Below, in pieces: positions 38,453 through 46,608 of a stretch of DNA of 64,000 bases. The notes beneath the pieces are model-generated. The model did not search any database, was not told the origin of the DNA, and saw nothing but the letters and a program-made list of their open reading frames with translations. Both the position numbers and the translations under genes were made by a program. The DNA is from a virus, in IMG/VR virus record IMGVR_UViG_3300047160_018755, positions 1 through 64,000 of that record. One strand, written 5' to 3'. The first letter of the stretch is position 1. Every line of letters starts with the position of its first letter.

Positions 38453-38631
38453 AAAGCTCAATTCCAGGTCGACTCGCGGTGTTCCTGTGTCAGGGGCCGC
38501 ATCCCTGCGAGCACCACGTGCGGCAGGCCGAGGAGGTCTACAAGGAGATCCTCGACATCCAGAAACACGAGCGTGAGGTCGAAGCGCAGGAAGCGCTCGA
38601 ACGCGTCGCGAACAAGGAAAAGATTCGATAG
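38449..38631 (+). CDS. hypothetical protein
   Basis: 60 aa, RBS GGAGG, ATGA-coupled. Confidence 0.5.
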   Translation: MKSSIPGRLAVFLCQGPHPCEHHVRQAEEVYKEILDIQKHEREVEAQEALERVANKEKIR

Positions 38632-38663
38632 AAGTTGAACGGAACTTTCACACGGGAGACAGC

Positions 38664-39983
38664 ATGGCAACGAGAGATCGGCTTCTGGCAGAGTTGGAGA
38701 AGGGTGGGTTCTCCACCAAGGCGTACATCGCGAGGTACGGCGGCACCTACGCCTCCGTCCACACCTCGCTCAAGCGCATGCGTGACCGCGGCATCGTGGT
38801 CGAGCTTCGCGAGCTGGCGGGCATCCCGCTGCCCGAGCCGACCTGGTTCCTGGTCTCGAAGATCGCGAACGCTGGCGCGCAGGCTGCGAAGCCGAACGTC
38901 ACCGCGCCGATCACGGGCGCTCCGGCGACCTACACCCAGGCCCAGAAGCAGGCCCAGGCGAACCCGCCCAAGAAGCTCCGCACCCGCGCGATCATCGTCG
39001 TCGACGACTCGGGCTCGATGCATCCGTACCGCTACGAGATGAACGACTCGGTCAACAAGACGCTCGCCGACTTCCGCCAGCAGGCGTTCGTCTCGGGCCA
39101 GCAGATCGACGTCAGCCTGTACTACTTCAACAACTTCCGCGTCAAGCCGGCCTTCCGCCACGTCGACGCCAAGGACGTCAAGTCCGAGCCCATCCACTAC
39201 CCGGACGGCGGCACGCCGCTCTTCAACGCGGTCGAGGACGCGATCCGCGACCACCTCATCCCCGAGCGCGGCGACGAGGAGGTCGGCTACCTCCTGATCG
39301 TCATCACGGACGGCGACGACAACGAGTCGCGCGACCGCACCGGCAACACGATGAAGAGCCTCATCCGCCAGGTCCAGGGCACGGACCGCTGGACGATCAC
39401 GTTCCAGATGCCTCCGGGCACGAAGAGCCGGTTCTGCAACAGCTACGGCGTCCACCCGGGCAACTGCATGGAGTGGGAGCTGTCGAGCAAGGGCATCAAG
39501 GAGTCGACGGTCGCCCGCACGGCCTCCGTCGGCGCCTACATGAGCACCCGCGCCGCCGGCAAGCTGTCGATGGACACGTTCTACACGGACCTGTCCGATC
39601 TCGACGTCAAGGACCTGAAGAAGAACCTGGCGAACGTCCAGGACAAGGTCCGCACGTGGACGGTTCCGTCGGGCTCGCCCGAGATCCGCCCCTTCATCGA
39701 GGAGAAGACGGGCACGACGTACCAGGCCGGCTCGGTCTTCTACCAGCTGACGAAGCCGGAGAAGATCCAGGACACGAAGAAGCTCCTCATCAAGGAGAAG
39801 GGCGGCCGGGCCATGTACGCCGGCAACGAGGCGCGCCAGCTCCTCGGCCTCCCCGTCGGGCAGGACTGCCGGGTCAAGCCGGGCAACCACGCCAACTTCG
39901 ACCTCTTCGTCCAGAGCACGTCGGTCAACCGCAAGCTCGTCCAGGGCACGGTCGTCGTCCACTGGCCCCTCTCGCTCCAGTAG
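38664..39983 (+). CDS. HTH + von Willebrand factor A domain protein
   Basis: N-terminal wHTH-like (TYASVHTSLKRMRDRGIV), MIDAS DDSGSM, GGTPLFNAV, ITDGDDNES. Confidence 0.8.
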   Translation: MATRDRLLAELEKGGFSTKAYIARYGGTYASVHTSLKRMRDRGIVVELRELAGIPLPEPTWFLVSKIANAGAQAAKPNVTAPITGAPATYTQAQKQAQANPPKKLRTRAIIVVDDSGSMHPYRYEMNDSVNKTLADFRQQAFVSGQQIDVSLYYFNNFRVKPAFRHVDAKDVKSEPIHYPDGGTPLFNAVEDAIRDHLIPERGDEEVGYLLIVITDGDDNESRDRTGNTMKSLIRQVQGTDRWTITFQMPPGTKSRFCNSYGVHPGNCMEWELSSKGIKESTVARTASVGAYMSTRAAGKLSMDTFYTDLSDLDVKDLKKNLANVQDKVRTWTVPSGSPEIRPFIEEKTGTTYQAGSVFYQLTKPEKIQDTKKLLIKEKGGRAMYAGNEARQLLGLPVGQDCRVKPGNHANFDLFVQSTSVNRKLVQGTVVVHWPLSLQ

Positions 39984-39992
39984 GAGGTCGCC

Positions 39993-40199
39993 ATGCACCC
40001 GCAGTTCACCTTCCACGCCCTGAACGATCAGGGCAAAGATCGGGCAGGCAAGGTCGCCGAAGCCTTCGACGGCCTCCTGTCCCAGCTGGAGCTTCTGTGC
40101 CCCGAGGGCCGTGAGCTGGCCCTCGTTCGCACGAACCTGGAGATCGCGTCGTTCTTCGCCAAGAAGGCCGTGGCCAACGCGGCGGAGAACCAGGCGTGA
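39993..40199 (+). CDS. Acb2/Tad1-like nucleotide-signal sponge protein
   Basis: FTFH...CPEGRELALVRTNLEIASFFAKKAVA matches the F.YH...cP.sRE.slA.T.LE.a..wA..aiA pattern of this family. Confidence 0.6.
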   Translation: MHPQFTFHALNDQGKDRAGKVAEAFDGLLSQLELLCPEGRELALVRTNLEIASFFAKKAVANAAENQA

Positions 40200-40459
40200 A
40201 GACGATCTACAAGTACGACCTGCCCATCGATGACGACATCAACATCCCGCTGCCGGAAGGCGCCGTGGTGTTGAGCGTCGCCATGCAGGACCAGGGTCAC
40301 CCCAAGATCTGGGCCATCGTCGAACCCGGCAGCCCGACCGAGCGTCGCCAGTTTCACTGGCGGGGCACGGGTCACCCGCTGGGCAACGTGGGTCGGTTCG
40401 TGGGCACCGTGCTGATCCACAGCGGCGCTCTGGTCTTCCACCTGTTCGAGGGAGCATGA
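40196..40459 (+). CDS. conserved small phage protein
   Basis: MKTIYKY.L...LPEGAVVLSV..Q...WA.V...GTGH...GT...VFHLFE pattern common in phages. Confidence 0.7.
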   Translation: MKTIYKYDLPIDDDINIPLPEGAVVLSVAMQDQGHPKIWAIVEPGSPTERRQFHWRGTGHPLGNVGRFVGTVLIHSGALVFHLFEGA

Positions 40460-40959
40460 TCGAGAAGTGGAACGTCCGCTTCCTTCGGGAAGCGGCGCGC
40501 ATCGCCACCTGGTCGAAGGACACGTCAACCCGAGTCGGCTGCCTGATCGTGGGGCCGGCTCGGGAGATTCGGTCGACCGGGTACAACGGCTTCCCTCGGG
40601 GCGTCTTCGACGACGTCCCGGAGCGCCACGCCCGGCCCTTGAAGTACTCGTTCTTCGAGCACGCCGAGCGCAACGCGATCTACAACTCCGCTCGGGTCGG
40701 CGTCCCGCTGGAGGGCTGCACGCTCTTCTGCGCGGCCGACAAGCTCACCGGGCCGCCCTGCGTGGACTGCGCTCGCGCCTGCATCCAGAGCGGCATCAAG
40801 CACGTCATCTGCAACGGCAGCGAGGACCCGGCGACCTGGCGCGAGGATTGGCGCCCGTCGATGCTCTGCGCGCGCACGCAGCTGCTGGAGGCGGGTCTCA
40901 CCTTCCGCTGCCTGCCCAACGACCTGATCTGGACGCCGGACGGAAAGGTCATCGAGTAG
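40456..40959 (+). CDS. dCMP deaminase family protein
   Basis: VGCLIV, STGYNGFPRG, HAERNAI, PCVDCARACIQSGI. Confidence 0.9.
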   Translation: MIEKWNVRFLREAARIATWSKDTSTRVGCLIVGPAREIRSTGYNGFPRGVFDDVPERHARPLKYSFFEHAERNAIYNSARVGVPLEGCTLFCAADKLTGPPCVDCARACIQSGIKHVICNGSEDPATWREDWRPSMLCARTQLLEAGLTFRCLPNDLIWTPDGKVIE

Positions 40960-40988
40960 TTGACAAGCTCTCGGTGATTTGATAGGCT
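40960..40988 (+). promoter_or_regulatory. sigma70-type promoter
   Basis: TTGACA-17-TAGGCT upstream of 41019. Confidence 0.7.
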
Positions 40989-41018
40989 CTCTCCTGGATC
41001 ACAAACCCAGGAGAGAGC

Positions 41019-41720
41019 ATGGACCCACAGATCAAGAGACAGCGACTCGAAACCGGACTCAAGCTGGCGGGGGCAGGTGCGGTGTGCATCGTCCTCGGCC
41101 CGGCCGCCTTCCTGGCCCTCAAGGGCCTCGGCCTCCTCATCGCCTTCGGGCTCGCTGCCGGCACCGCCGCGGCGGGACTCAAGGTGGTTCCGCTGGTGAG
41201 CTTCAAGATCAGCAACGCCGTCGTCAAGGGCGTCATCGCCGAAGCCAAGGCGAATCCCATCGAGACGCTGATCAACCTCCAGGTCGAGAAGCAGCGTCAG
41301 CTGGAGGCGCAGGACCAGAACATCATCACGTTCGCCACCGCGGTCGGCAACTTCGATGACAAGGTCCGGACCTACTCCAAGCGCTACCCCGACAAGGCGC
41401 AGCGCTACAAGGAGATCGCCGGAAAGATGCACGAGGCGCTCGAAGAGCAGCAGCAGCTCCAGGAGCAGGCCCGTCACTCGCTCGTCGAGCTGGCCGGCCG
41501 TATCACGGAGGCCCGCGACATGTACGACATGGCGCTCGCGGCCAAGCAGGTGACCGAGCTGTCGGGCAACGCCCAGCAGCGCGTCTTCGCCGACATCAAG
41601 CAGCAGATCGCGTTCGACGCCGTCACCGGCAGCGTCAACCAGTCCTTCGCGGCGCTCGACGTCGCGGTCGCTCGCAGCAAGGAGCTGCCCGCCATCCAGG
41701 ACGCGGAGGTGGTGTCGTGA
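41019..41720 (+). CDS. membrane-anchored coiled-coil protein (PspA-like architecture)
   Basis: two N-terminal hydrophobic helices then long Q/E/A-rich helical region. Confidence 0.7.
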   Translation: MDPQIKRQRLETGLKLAGAGAVCIVLGPAAFLALKGLGLLIAFGLAAGTAAAGLKVVPLVSFKISNAVVKGVIAEAKANPIETLINLQVEKQRQLEAQDQNIITFATAVGNFDDKVRTYSKRYPDKAQRYKEIAGKMHEALEEQQQLQEQARHSLVELAGRITEARDMYDMALAAKQVTELSGNAQQRVFADIKQQIAFDAVTGSVNQSFAALDVAVARSKELPAIQDAEVVS

Positions 41721-41857
41721 AGACCTCCAAGAAGTTCTTCATCGGCTTTTTCATCGTCGCCCTCGCCGTCCTCGGCGTGGTCGCGTACGGAACCGACACC
41801 GGAGGGGATGATGCTGCCCCGTCGACGTCGCAACCCGACAACGGCATCAAGCTCTGA
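41717..41857 (+). CDS. small single-pass membrane protein
   Basis: GTG overlapping upstream stop, RBS GGAGG; KKFFIGFFIVALAVLGVVAY. Confidence 0.6.
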   Translation: MKTSKKFFIGFFIVALAVLGVVAYGTDTGGDDAAPSTSQPDNGIKL

Positions 41858-41869
41858 AAGGATCCGACC

Positions 41870-42847
41870 ATGAAGCGCACATTCGTCACCCTGTTCACCC
41901 TCATCGCCCTCACGGGCACCGCGTCCGCCCAGGAGTTCCTGGTCGCGGACTCCAGCTCCAGCGGCACCTACCAGGAGATGGTCGGTCAGATCGCGAAGTT
42001 CTGCGGTCCCGACGGCCTCACCATCAAGGAGGTCCGCCCGACCGGCGGCGCCACCGCGAACCTCGCCGCGCTCGTCAACAACGACGTCTCGGCCGCGTTG
42101 CTCCACTCGGACGTGATCTTCGCGATGTCGCAGCAAGACCAGCAGTACCAGAAGCTCAAGACCCTCGTCGCGCTCTACCCCGAGGAGATCCACGTCATCG
42201 CTCTGCGCAACTCCGGCATCAAGACCGGCGGCACCCGCATCGGTGGCTTCGGCGCCAAGGAGGTCGTGTTCAACTCGGTCGACGACCTGCGCGGCTACAA
42301 GGTCGGCGCGGCGGGCGGCGGCGTCTACACGGGCAACATCCTCAAGGGCTCGGGCAACCTCGGCTTCGAGGTCGTCGAGTTCACGACGGGCGCCGAGGTC
42401 CTTCCGGCCCTCGACAACGGCAACGTGCAGGCGGTCATCTTCGTCGGCGGGGCACCGCTGAAGAACGTGGCGAGCCTCGACGGCAGCAAGTACAAGCTGC
42501 TCTCGATCGGCCGCAACGTCGCTCCGACCGTCTACAAGCAGGCGGTCATCAACTACCCGAACCTGCGCTCGGGTGCGGTCCAGACGCTCGCCCCGCAGGC
42601 GCTGGTGATCACCCGCCAGTACAAGACGGCGGTCATGCAGAAGCCGCAGGCGCAGTTCCGCCAGTGCTTCTTCGCCCACCTCGACGAGATGAAGGAGATC
42701 CCGGGCCTGCACAAGAAGTGGCAGGCGGTCGACGAGAACGACCACGGCACCTGGAACTGGTACGAGCTTCCGGGTGACACGGCGGCTCGCGCTCCGGCCG
42801 AAGAGGTGCCCGTGCCGGCCGTGACCAAGAAGCGCCGGCTCCGTTAG
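41870..42847 (+). CDS. TAXI-family (TRAP) solute-binding-protein-like
   Basis: signal peptide; SSSGTYQ, PTGGATANL, LYPEEIHVIA, SVDDLRGYKVG. Confidence 0.75.
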   Translation: MKRTFVTLFTLIALTGTASAQEFLVADSSSSGTYQEMVGQIAKFCGPDGLTIKEVRPTGGATANLAALVNNDVSAALLHSDVIFAMSQQDQQYQKLKTLVALYPEEIHVIALRNSGIKTGGTRIGGFGAKEVVFNSVDDLRGYKVGAAGGGVYTGNILKGSGNLGFEVVEFTTGAEVLPALDNGNVQAVIFVGGAPLKNVASLDGSKYKLLSIGRNVAPTVYKQAVINYPNLRSGAVQTLAPQALVITRQYKTAVMQKPQAQFRQCFFAHLDEMKEIPGLHKKWQAVDENDHGTWNWYELPGDTAARAPAEEVPVPAVTKKRRLR

Positions 42848-42853
42848 TATCCA

Positions 42854-43163
42854 CTAGGATTCGATCCTAGCGTAGACTAGAACCGCAAGGGTAGCGATCA
42901 ACCTTCCAGTCCACCGCCCCGTGATGCACGACATCACGGGGCGTTCCATGGAAGGCTTCCTGTCGAGAGGGAAAAGGCAAGCGGGGACAAGACAGCGGCG
43001 CCCCGTGTGCGAAGTGGTAAGCACGACAATGGCGGGACTCATGTAGCGCGATCTCGACAAGCGGTTCACCTGGCTGGCTCGCAGGTGGCCTGGCGAAGAG
43101 GATGACCCGACTCCATCGGTGCCTGTTCTGCCAGTGCGGGGGTTCGATTCCTCTGGCCAGCCC
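42854..43163 (+). ncRNA. putative structured ncRNA ending in a tRNA-like domain
   Basis: 315-nt ORF-free gap with several perfect nested helices and a terminal acceptor/T-arm mimic. Confidence 0.55.
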
Positions 43164-43183
43164 TGATTCGATAGAAAGTCAAC

Positions 43184-43591
43184 ATGGCACACAAACACTA
43201 CATGCCCTTCATCGTCACCGTGGACGTCATGGCCGCGAGCGTACCTGTCGAGCAGGTTGTGGGGGAGCTTGCGGTTCTGGCCACGCGGCTGGGCTGCTCG
43301 GTCCAGACCAAGATCTACGAGACCGACATCTTCGCCCACCCTGACGAGCAGCCGGGGGAGGTGGTCCAGCGGTGGAGGCGGCAGCGAAAGCCGCAGGTCT
43401 TCACCTGGCCGCCCGTCAAGGGCGACCGTGCCATGTACGTCGAGACGGGCGAGATCTGCACGTTCAACGGTGTCCACAACAACGGCGGCGGCTACGACAT
43501 CGTCGGCGCAGACGGCAAGGCACAGGGCGGTTTGGGTGAACGGGCCTTCGAGAGCGGCTCGTGGCTCCGCATGCACCCCGAGTTCACCTGA
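43184..43591 (+). CDS. hypothetical protein
   Basis: 135 aa, follows GATTCGATAGAA motif, codon usage like neighbours. Confidence 0.65.
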   Translation: MAHKHYMPFIVTVDVMAASVPVEQVVGELAVLATRLGCSVQTKIYETDIFAHPDEQPGEVVQRWRRQRKPQVFTWPPVKGDRAMYVETGEICTFNGVHNNGGGYDIVGADGKAQGGLGERAFESGSWLRMHPEFT

Positions 43592-44058
43592 TGTTCTGGC
43601 TGGGCTGCCTGCTTTTCATCTACTTCTCGTTCCGCGCGGACGGCTGGATCACCTGGACCGAGTTCAAGGGCGTCACCCGGTGGCTGCTCAAAGGACCCGA
43701 GAAGGTTCCCTGCTGCCGGGCGTGCGAAATCGAACTTCCCGATCCCATGCTGCGTGAGCCACTGAGGTACGGCGCGTTTGTGTGCCTCGACTGCGCGGAT
43801 GAGGTCGAGGAGGCGGCGGGGCGCCTACTCCCCGAGTGGTACACCAAACCCCTTCCCCCACGGGCCCGGGAGGTGCCCATTCAGGAATGTCCGTACGTCT
43901 GCGCCGGTTGTGGTGTACAGTGCGACCACTGGTGCGACAAGTGCGACGGAGCGATCGTGGAGCTGGCGGAGGTGTTGGAAGTGAAGACGGCGCTCGACAA
44001 AGACAGGAGCCGTGAGATGACCGATTCCGAATTCAAACGCTTCATCGTGCCGTCATGA
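43591..44058 (+). CDS. membrane-anchored Zn-finger protein
   Basis: TGATG-coupled; N-terminal hydrophobic segment; four CxxC pairs. Confidence 0.6.
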   Translation: MFWLGCLLFIYFSFRADGWITWTEFKGVTRWLLKGPEKVPCCRACEIELPDPMLREPLRYGAFVCLDCADEVEEAAGRLLPEWYTKPLPPRAREVPIQECPYVCAGCGVQCDHWCDKCDGAIVELAEVLEVKTALDKDRSREMTDSEFKRFIVPS

Positions 44059-44363
44059 GCGACACTGAAGCCCAAGCCCGAGACGCCGCCCTCGACGCCC
44101 TCGCTGCGGCTCGCGCCGAGCTGGTGGCATGGGGCAGGACCATCGCCATCGCCCTCTGCGTCCGCAACGGCCACGTGACGTCGACCGAGGTCAAGGCTGC
44201 TTTGACACGGCTCGCGAACTTCGACCCCCGCCTCTCGGAGCTGCTCGACACCTGCGACCCGCGGTGGATGGGCGTCGTCTTCCGCGGCAAGGACTGGGTG
44301 CAGGATGGCTGGGACGACAGCGGCTCGCACAAGCGCCGGGTCCCGATCTGGAAGCGACCATGA
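44055..44363 (+). CDS. hypothetical protein
   Basis: 102 aa, ATGA-coupled. Confidence 0.65.
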   Translation: MSDTEAQARDAALDALAAARAELVAWGRTIAIALCVRNGHVTSTEVKAALTRLANFDPRLSELLDTCDPRWMGVVFRGKDWVQDGWDDSGSHKRRVPIWKRP

Positions 44364-44668
44364 ACCACCTTCGATTTGACCGTTCCGGCATCGACGTCGA
44401 CAAGGCCGCCATCATCTTGGCGATCAACCAAGACGGCTGGGCCGAGCGCCTGGTGTGCAGCCACTTCGACTGGCTCGGAGACCGATGGGGCCACAACCCC
44501 TACATCGTTTTGGCCGTCCTGAAGGACGACCCCGACATCTGGTACCGGACCTTCGAGGACGTGTACAGCCGCATGGAGATCCACCACATCATCCTCCGTC
44601 CCGACTTCCGCTGCCCCGAGGGGTACGTGATGCTGGAGTCGATCCTCGAACCGGACCGCAAACTTTAA
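44360..44668 (+). CDS. hypothetical protein
   Basis: 102 aa, ATGA-coupled. Confidence 0.6.
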   Translation: MNHLRFDRSGIDVDKAAIILAINQDGWAERLVCSHFDWLGDRWGHNPYIVLAVLKDDPDIWYRTFEDVYSRMEIHHIILRPDFRCPEGYVMLESILEPDRKL

Positions 44669-44696
44669 GTTGGCGGTTCGCCAATTTTAAGTTTCT

Positions 44697-44773
44697 GCCA
44701 GCGTGGACTGAAGTAGATAGGCCCGGGATTGCAACCCCCGGCCATGCCGGTGCAAGTCCGGCCACTGGCTCCA
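44697..44773 (+). tRNA. tRNA-Cys(GCA)
   Basis: acceptor GCCAGCG/CACTGGC, anticodon loop TTGCAAC, T arm GCCGG-TGCAAGT-CCGGC, U73 and encoded CCA. Confidence 0.8.
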
Positions 44774-44780
44774 ATTCTCG

Positions 44781-44809
44781 TTGACGAACCCGATCTGATT
44801 CGATAGAGT
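44781..44809 (+). promoter_or_regulatory. sigma70-type promoter overlapping GATTCGATAG motif
   Basis: TTGACG-17-TAGAGT upstream of lipoprotein gene. Confidence 0.65.
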
Positions 44810-44852
44810 GTAAGTAGGCTTTCACTTCACACTCACAACGGAGTCAGATCTC

Positions 44853-45590
44853 ATGAAGTTCGCAGCGTCCCTTCTCATCGCGACAGCGCTCATCCTCGGG
44901 TGCGGGGACAACGTTCCCGCCCTCAGACACGGCACCGACGGAGGCGCCACGGGCGCCGCCGCCACCTCGGGCAACGGCGGCACACCGACCACCGACACGG
45001 GCACCGCGGGTACGACCGGCACGGCCGGCACGGCCGGGACCTCCGGCACGGCCGGGACCTCCGGCACGGCGGGCGCGGGAGGGACCGACGGCGTCGGAAA
45101 CCCTACCGGGACGGCTGGGTCCGGCAGCGGAAATACCACCGGGACGGCCGGCGACGGGTCCACCGGAGCCGCGGGCAGCACCGACAGCACGGGCTCAAGC
45201 GGTGCGAGCGGCAGTACCCCCACTGGTACCTCGACGAGCGGACAGGCCGGGTCTGGTGGATCGACGGGTGCGGCCAGCGACACCGGAACAGCGGGGGATA
45301 CCGGGAACTCCACGAGCGGGACAAGCGGAAGCCCGGATGCGTCCGGCAGTGGTGGGACGACCGGATCGAATACGGGCAGCGCCGGGACGACGGGCGCGGG
45401 TGGGACCGGTTCGACGGGAACAGCCGGGACGACAGGCAGCGGTGGGAGTGGCTCACCGGGCGCAGGTGGGACGACGGGTCGCCGGTACTGCGACGACGAC
45501 CAGGGTGACGACAACCAGGGCAACGACAACGCCCAGGGCGACGAAGATCAGCAGGGGTGCATCGAGCGGGTGAAGACGGGCTGCAAGTAG
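44853..45590 (+). CDS. lipoprotein with long Gly/Thr/Ser/Ala low-complexity stalk
   Basis: lipobox LILG-C; GTAGT[ST] repeats; acidic Cys-bounded C-terminal tip. Confidence 0.8.
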   Translation: MKFAASLLIATALILGCGDNVPALRHGTDGGATGAAATSGNGGTPTTDTGTAGTTGTAGTAGTSGTAGTSGTAGAGGTDGVGNPTGTAGSGSGNTTGTAGDGSTGAAGSTDSTGSSGASGSTPTGTSTSGQAGSGGSTGAASDTGTAGDTGNSTSGTSGSPDASGSGGTTGSNTGSAGTTGAGGTGSTGTAGTTGSGGSGSPGAGGTTGRRYCDDDQGDDNQGNDNAQGDEDQQGCIERVKTGCK

Positions 45591-45600
45591 CCTAACCTCA

Positions 45601-45639
45601 GGCCGTGACTGGGAAATCCCCGGTCACGGCCCTGTTTTT
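45601..45639 (+). terminator. intrinsic terminator
   Basis: GGCCGTGACTGGG...CGGTCACGGCC stem followed by CTGTTTTT. Confidence 0.75.
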
Positions 45640-45692
45640 ATCGAGATTTCGATATTTTCATCGAAAATTCGATAGAAATGGGTGGAGGATCC

Positions 45693-46046
45693 ATGAACAC
45701 CAAGATCAGCGTCGTCTTCATGCTCGCGGCCATCGTCGGCCTGGTGCTCGCTCTGGGTGCCGATCTCGCCGGATGCGCTCACGTTTTCGATCAGGTTCAC
45801 GACGAGGTGGACGTCGCCGGCCCGACCGCGGTGGTCACCGGCCCCGCCCGCGGGCACTGGCAGGAAGAGGGCGAGCACGCCCTGCTCTCCTACACCGTGT
45901 TCGGCACCGATTGCACGGCGATGCCGTACGCGATCCCGGAGCTTCGGACGGAGGGCTGGTTCGCTCTCGGGCCGGGCGTCACGCTCTGCGTGATGTCGAC
46001 GACCGACAAGGTTCAGCGCATCTCCTACCACGCGGAGACGCTGTGA
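45693..46046 (+). CDS. exported/membrane protein
   Basis: RBS GGAGG; N-terminal hydrophobic helix, possible lipobox LAGC. Confidence 0.65.
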   Translation: MNTKISVVFMLAAIVGLVLALGADLAGCAHVFDQVHDEVDVAGPTAVVTGPARGHWQEEGEHALLSYTVFGTDCTAMPYAIPELRTEGWFALGPGVTLCVMSTTDKVQRISYHAETL

Positions 46047-46276
46047 GGACCTGCTCCTGCGGCAAGGCTCTGGAGCCCGGCACGGTCTACTACCTGGTCG
46101 AGCGTGCCACGGGCCCGTCCTGGGCGAAGTGGCGCGGCCAGCAGGGGATCACGTGGACCAACGACGTCCACCAGGCCGACGCGTACTGCGAGCTTCAGGT
46201 CGCTGACCACATGGCCCGCACTGCGCGCCACCAAGGCACCGAAGCCTTCGCGTCCGAGCACATCGACGTCGCATGA
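46043..46276 (+). CDS. hypothetical protein
   Basis: GTGA-coupled 77-aa ORF. Confidence 0.55.
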   Translation: MRTCSCGKALEPGTVYYLVERATGPSWAKWRGQQGITWTNDVHQADAYCELQVADHMARTARHQGTEAFASEHIDVA

Positions 46277-46608
46277 GATTCACAAAGATCCAAGCGGCCC
46301 TGTTTAAGAACGGCATCTCCTTCGTCCACATGGCCCCGACCGTGGAGCGCAAGGAGAAGGCGCTGGACGACTTCATTGCCGAGATCAACCGAACGGGCAC
46401 CTACTACACGCAGGTGTACGACCGGGTCACGCGTCAGGATGCCAGGGCGCGATTCATGCTCTGCGTCTCCAACGGGGCTGCCAGCGAGCACGTCGCCGTG
46501 ATGTTCGTGGACGGCAAGCGAGACGAGTTTCCCGACAAGCGCGCCTACGATGAGGCCCGCTACATCCCCGCCGAGGTGGATGGCGCCGGCCCCATGGTGA
46601 TCCGATGA
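46273..46608 (+). CDS. hypothetical protein
   Basis: 111 aa, ATGA-coupled. Confidence 0.65.
   Translation: MRFTKIQAALFKNGISFVHMAPTVERKEKALDDFIAEINRTGTYYTQVYDRVTRQDARARFMLCVSNGAASEHVAVMFVDGKRDEFPDKRAYDEARYIPAEVDGAGPMVIR

Noticed and set aside
43072-43163. tRNA-Sec, tRNA-Trp or tmRNA call for the tRNA-like element
   Set aside because: No UCA anticodon or 6-bp D stem; the CCA triplet lies in a 5-nt loop; no G3:U70 pair or tag ORF. Kept only as an unclassified RNA
44990-45480. GGCACGGCCGGGACC-type tandem repeats as a regulatory VNTR
   Set aside because: Explained by the GTAGTS low-complexity coding region of the lipoprotein
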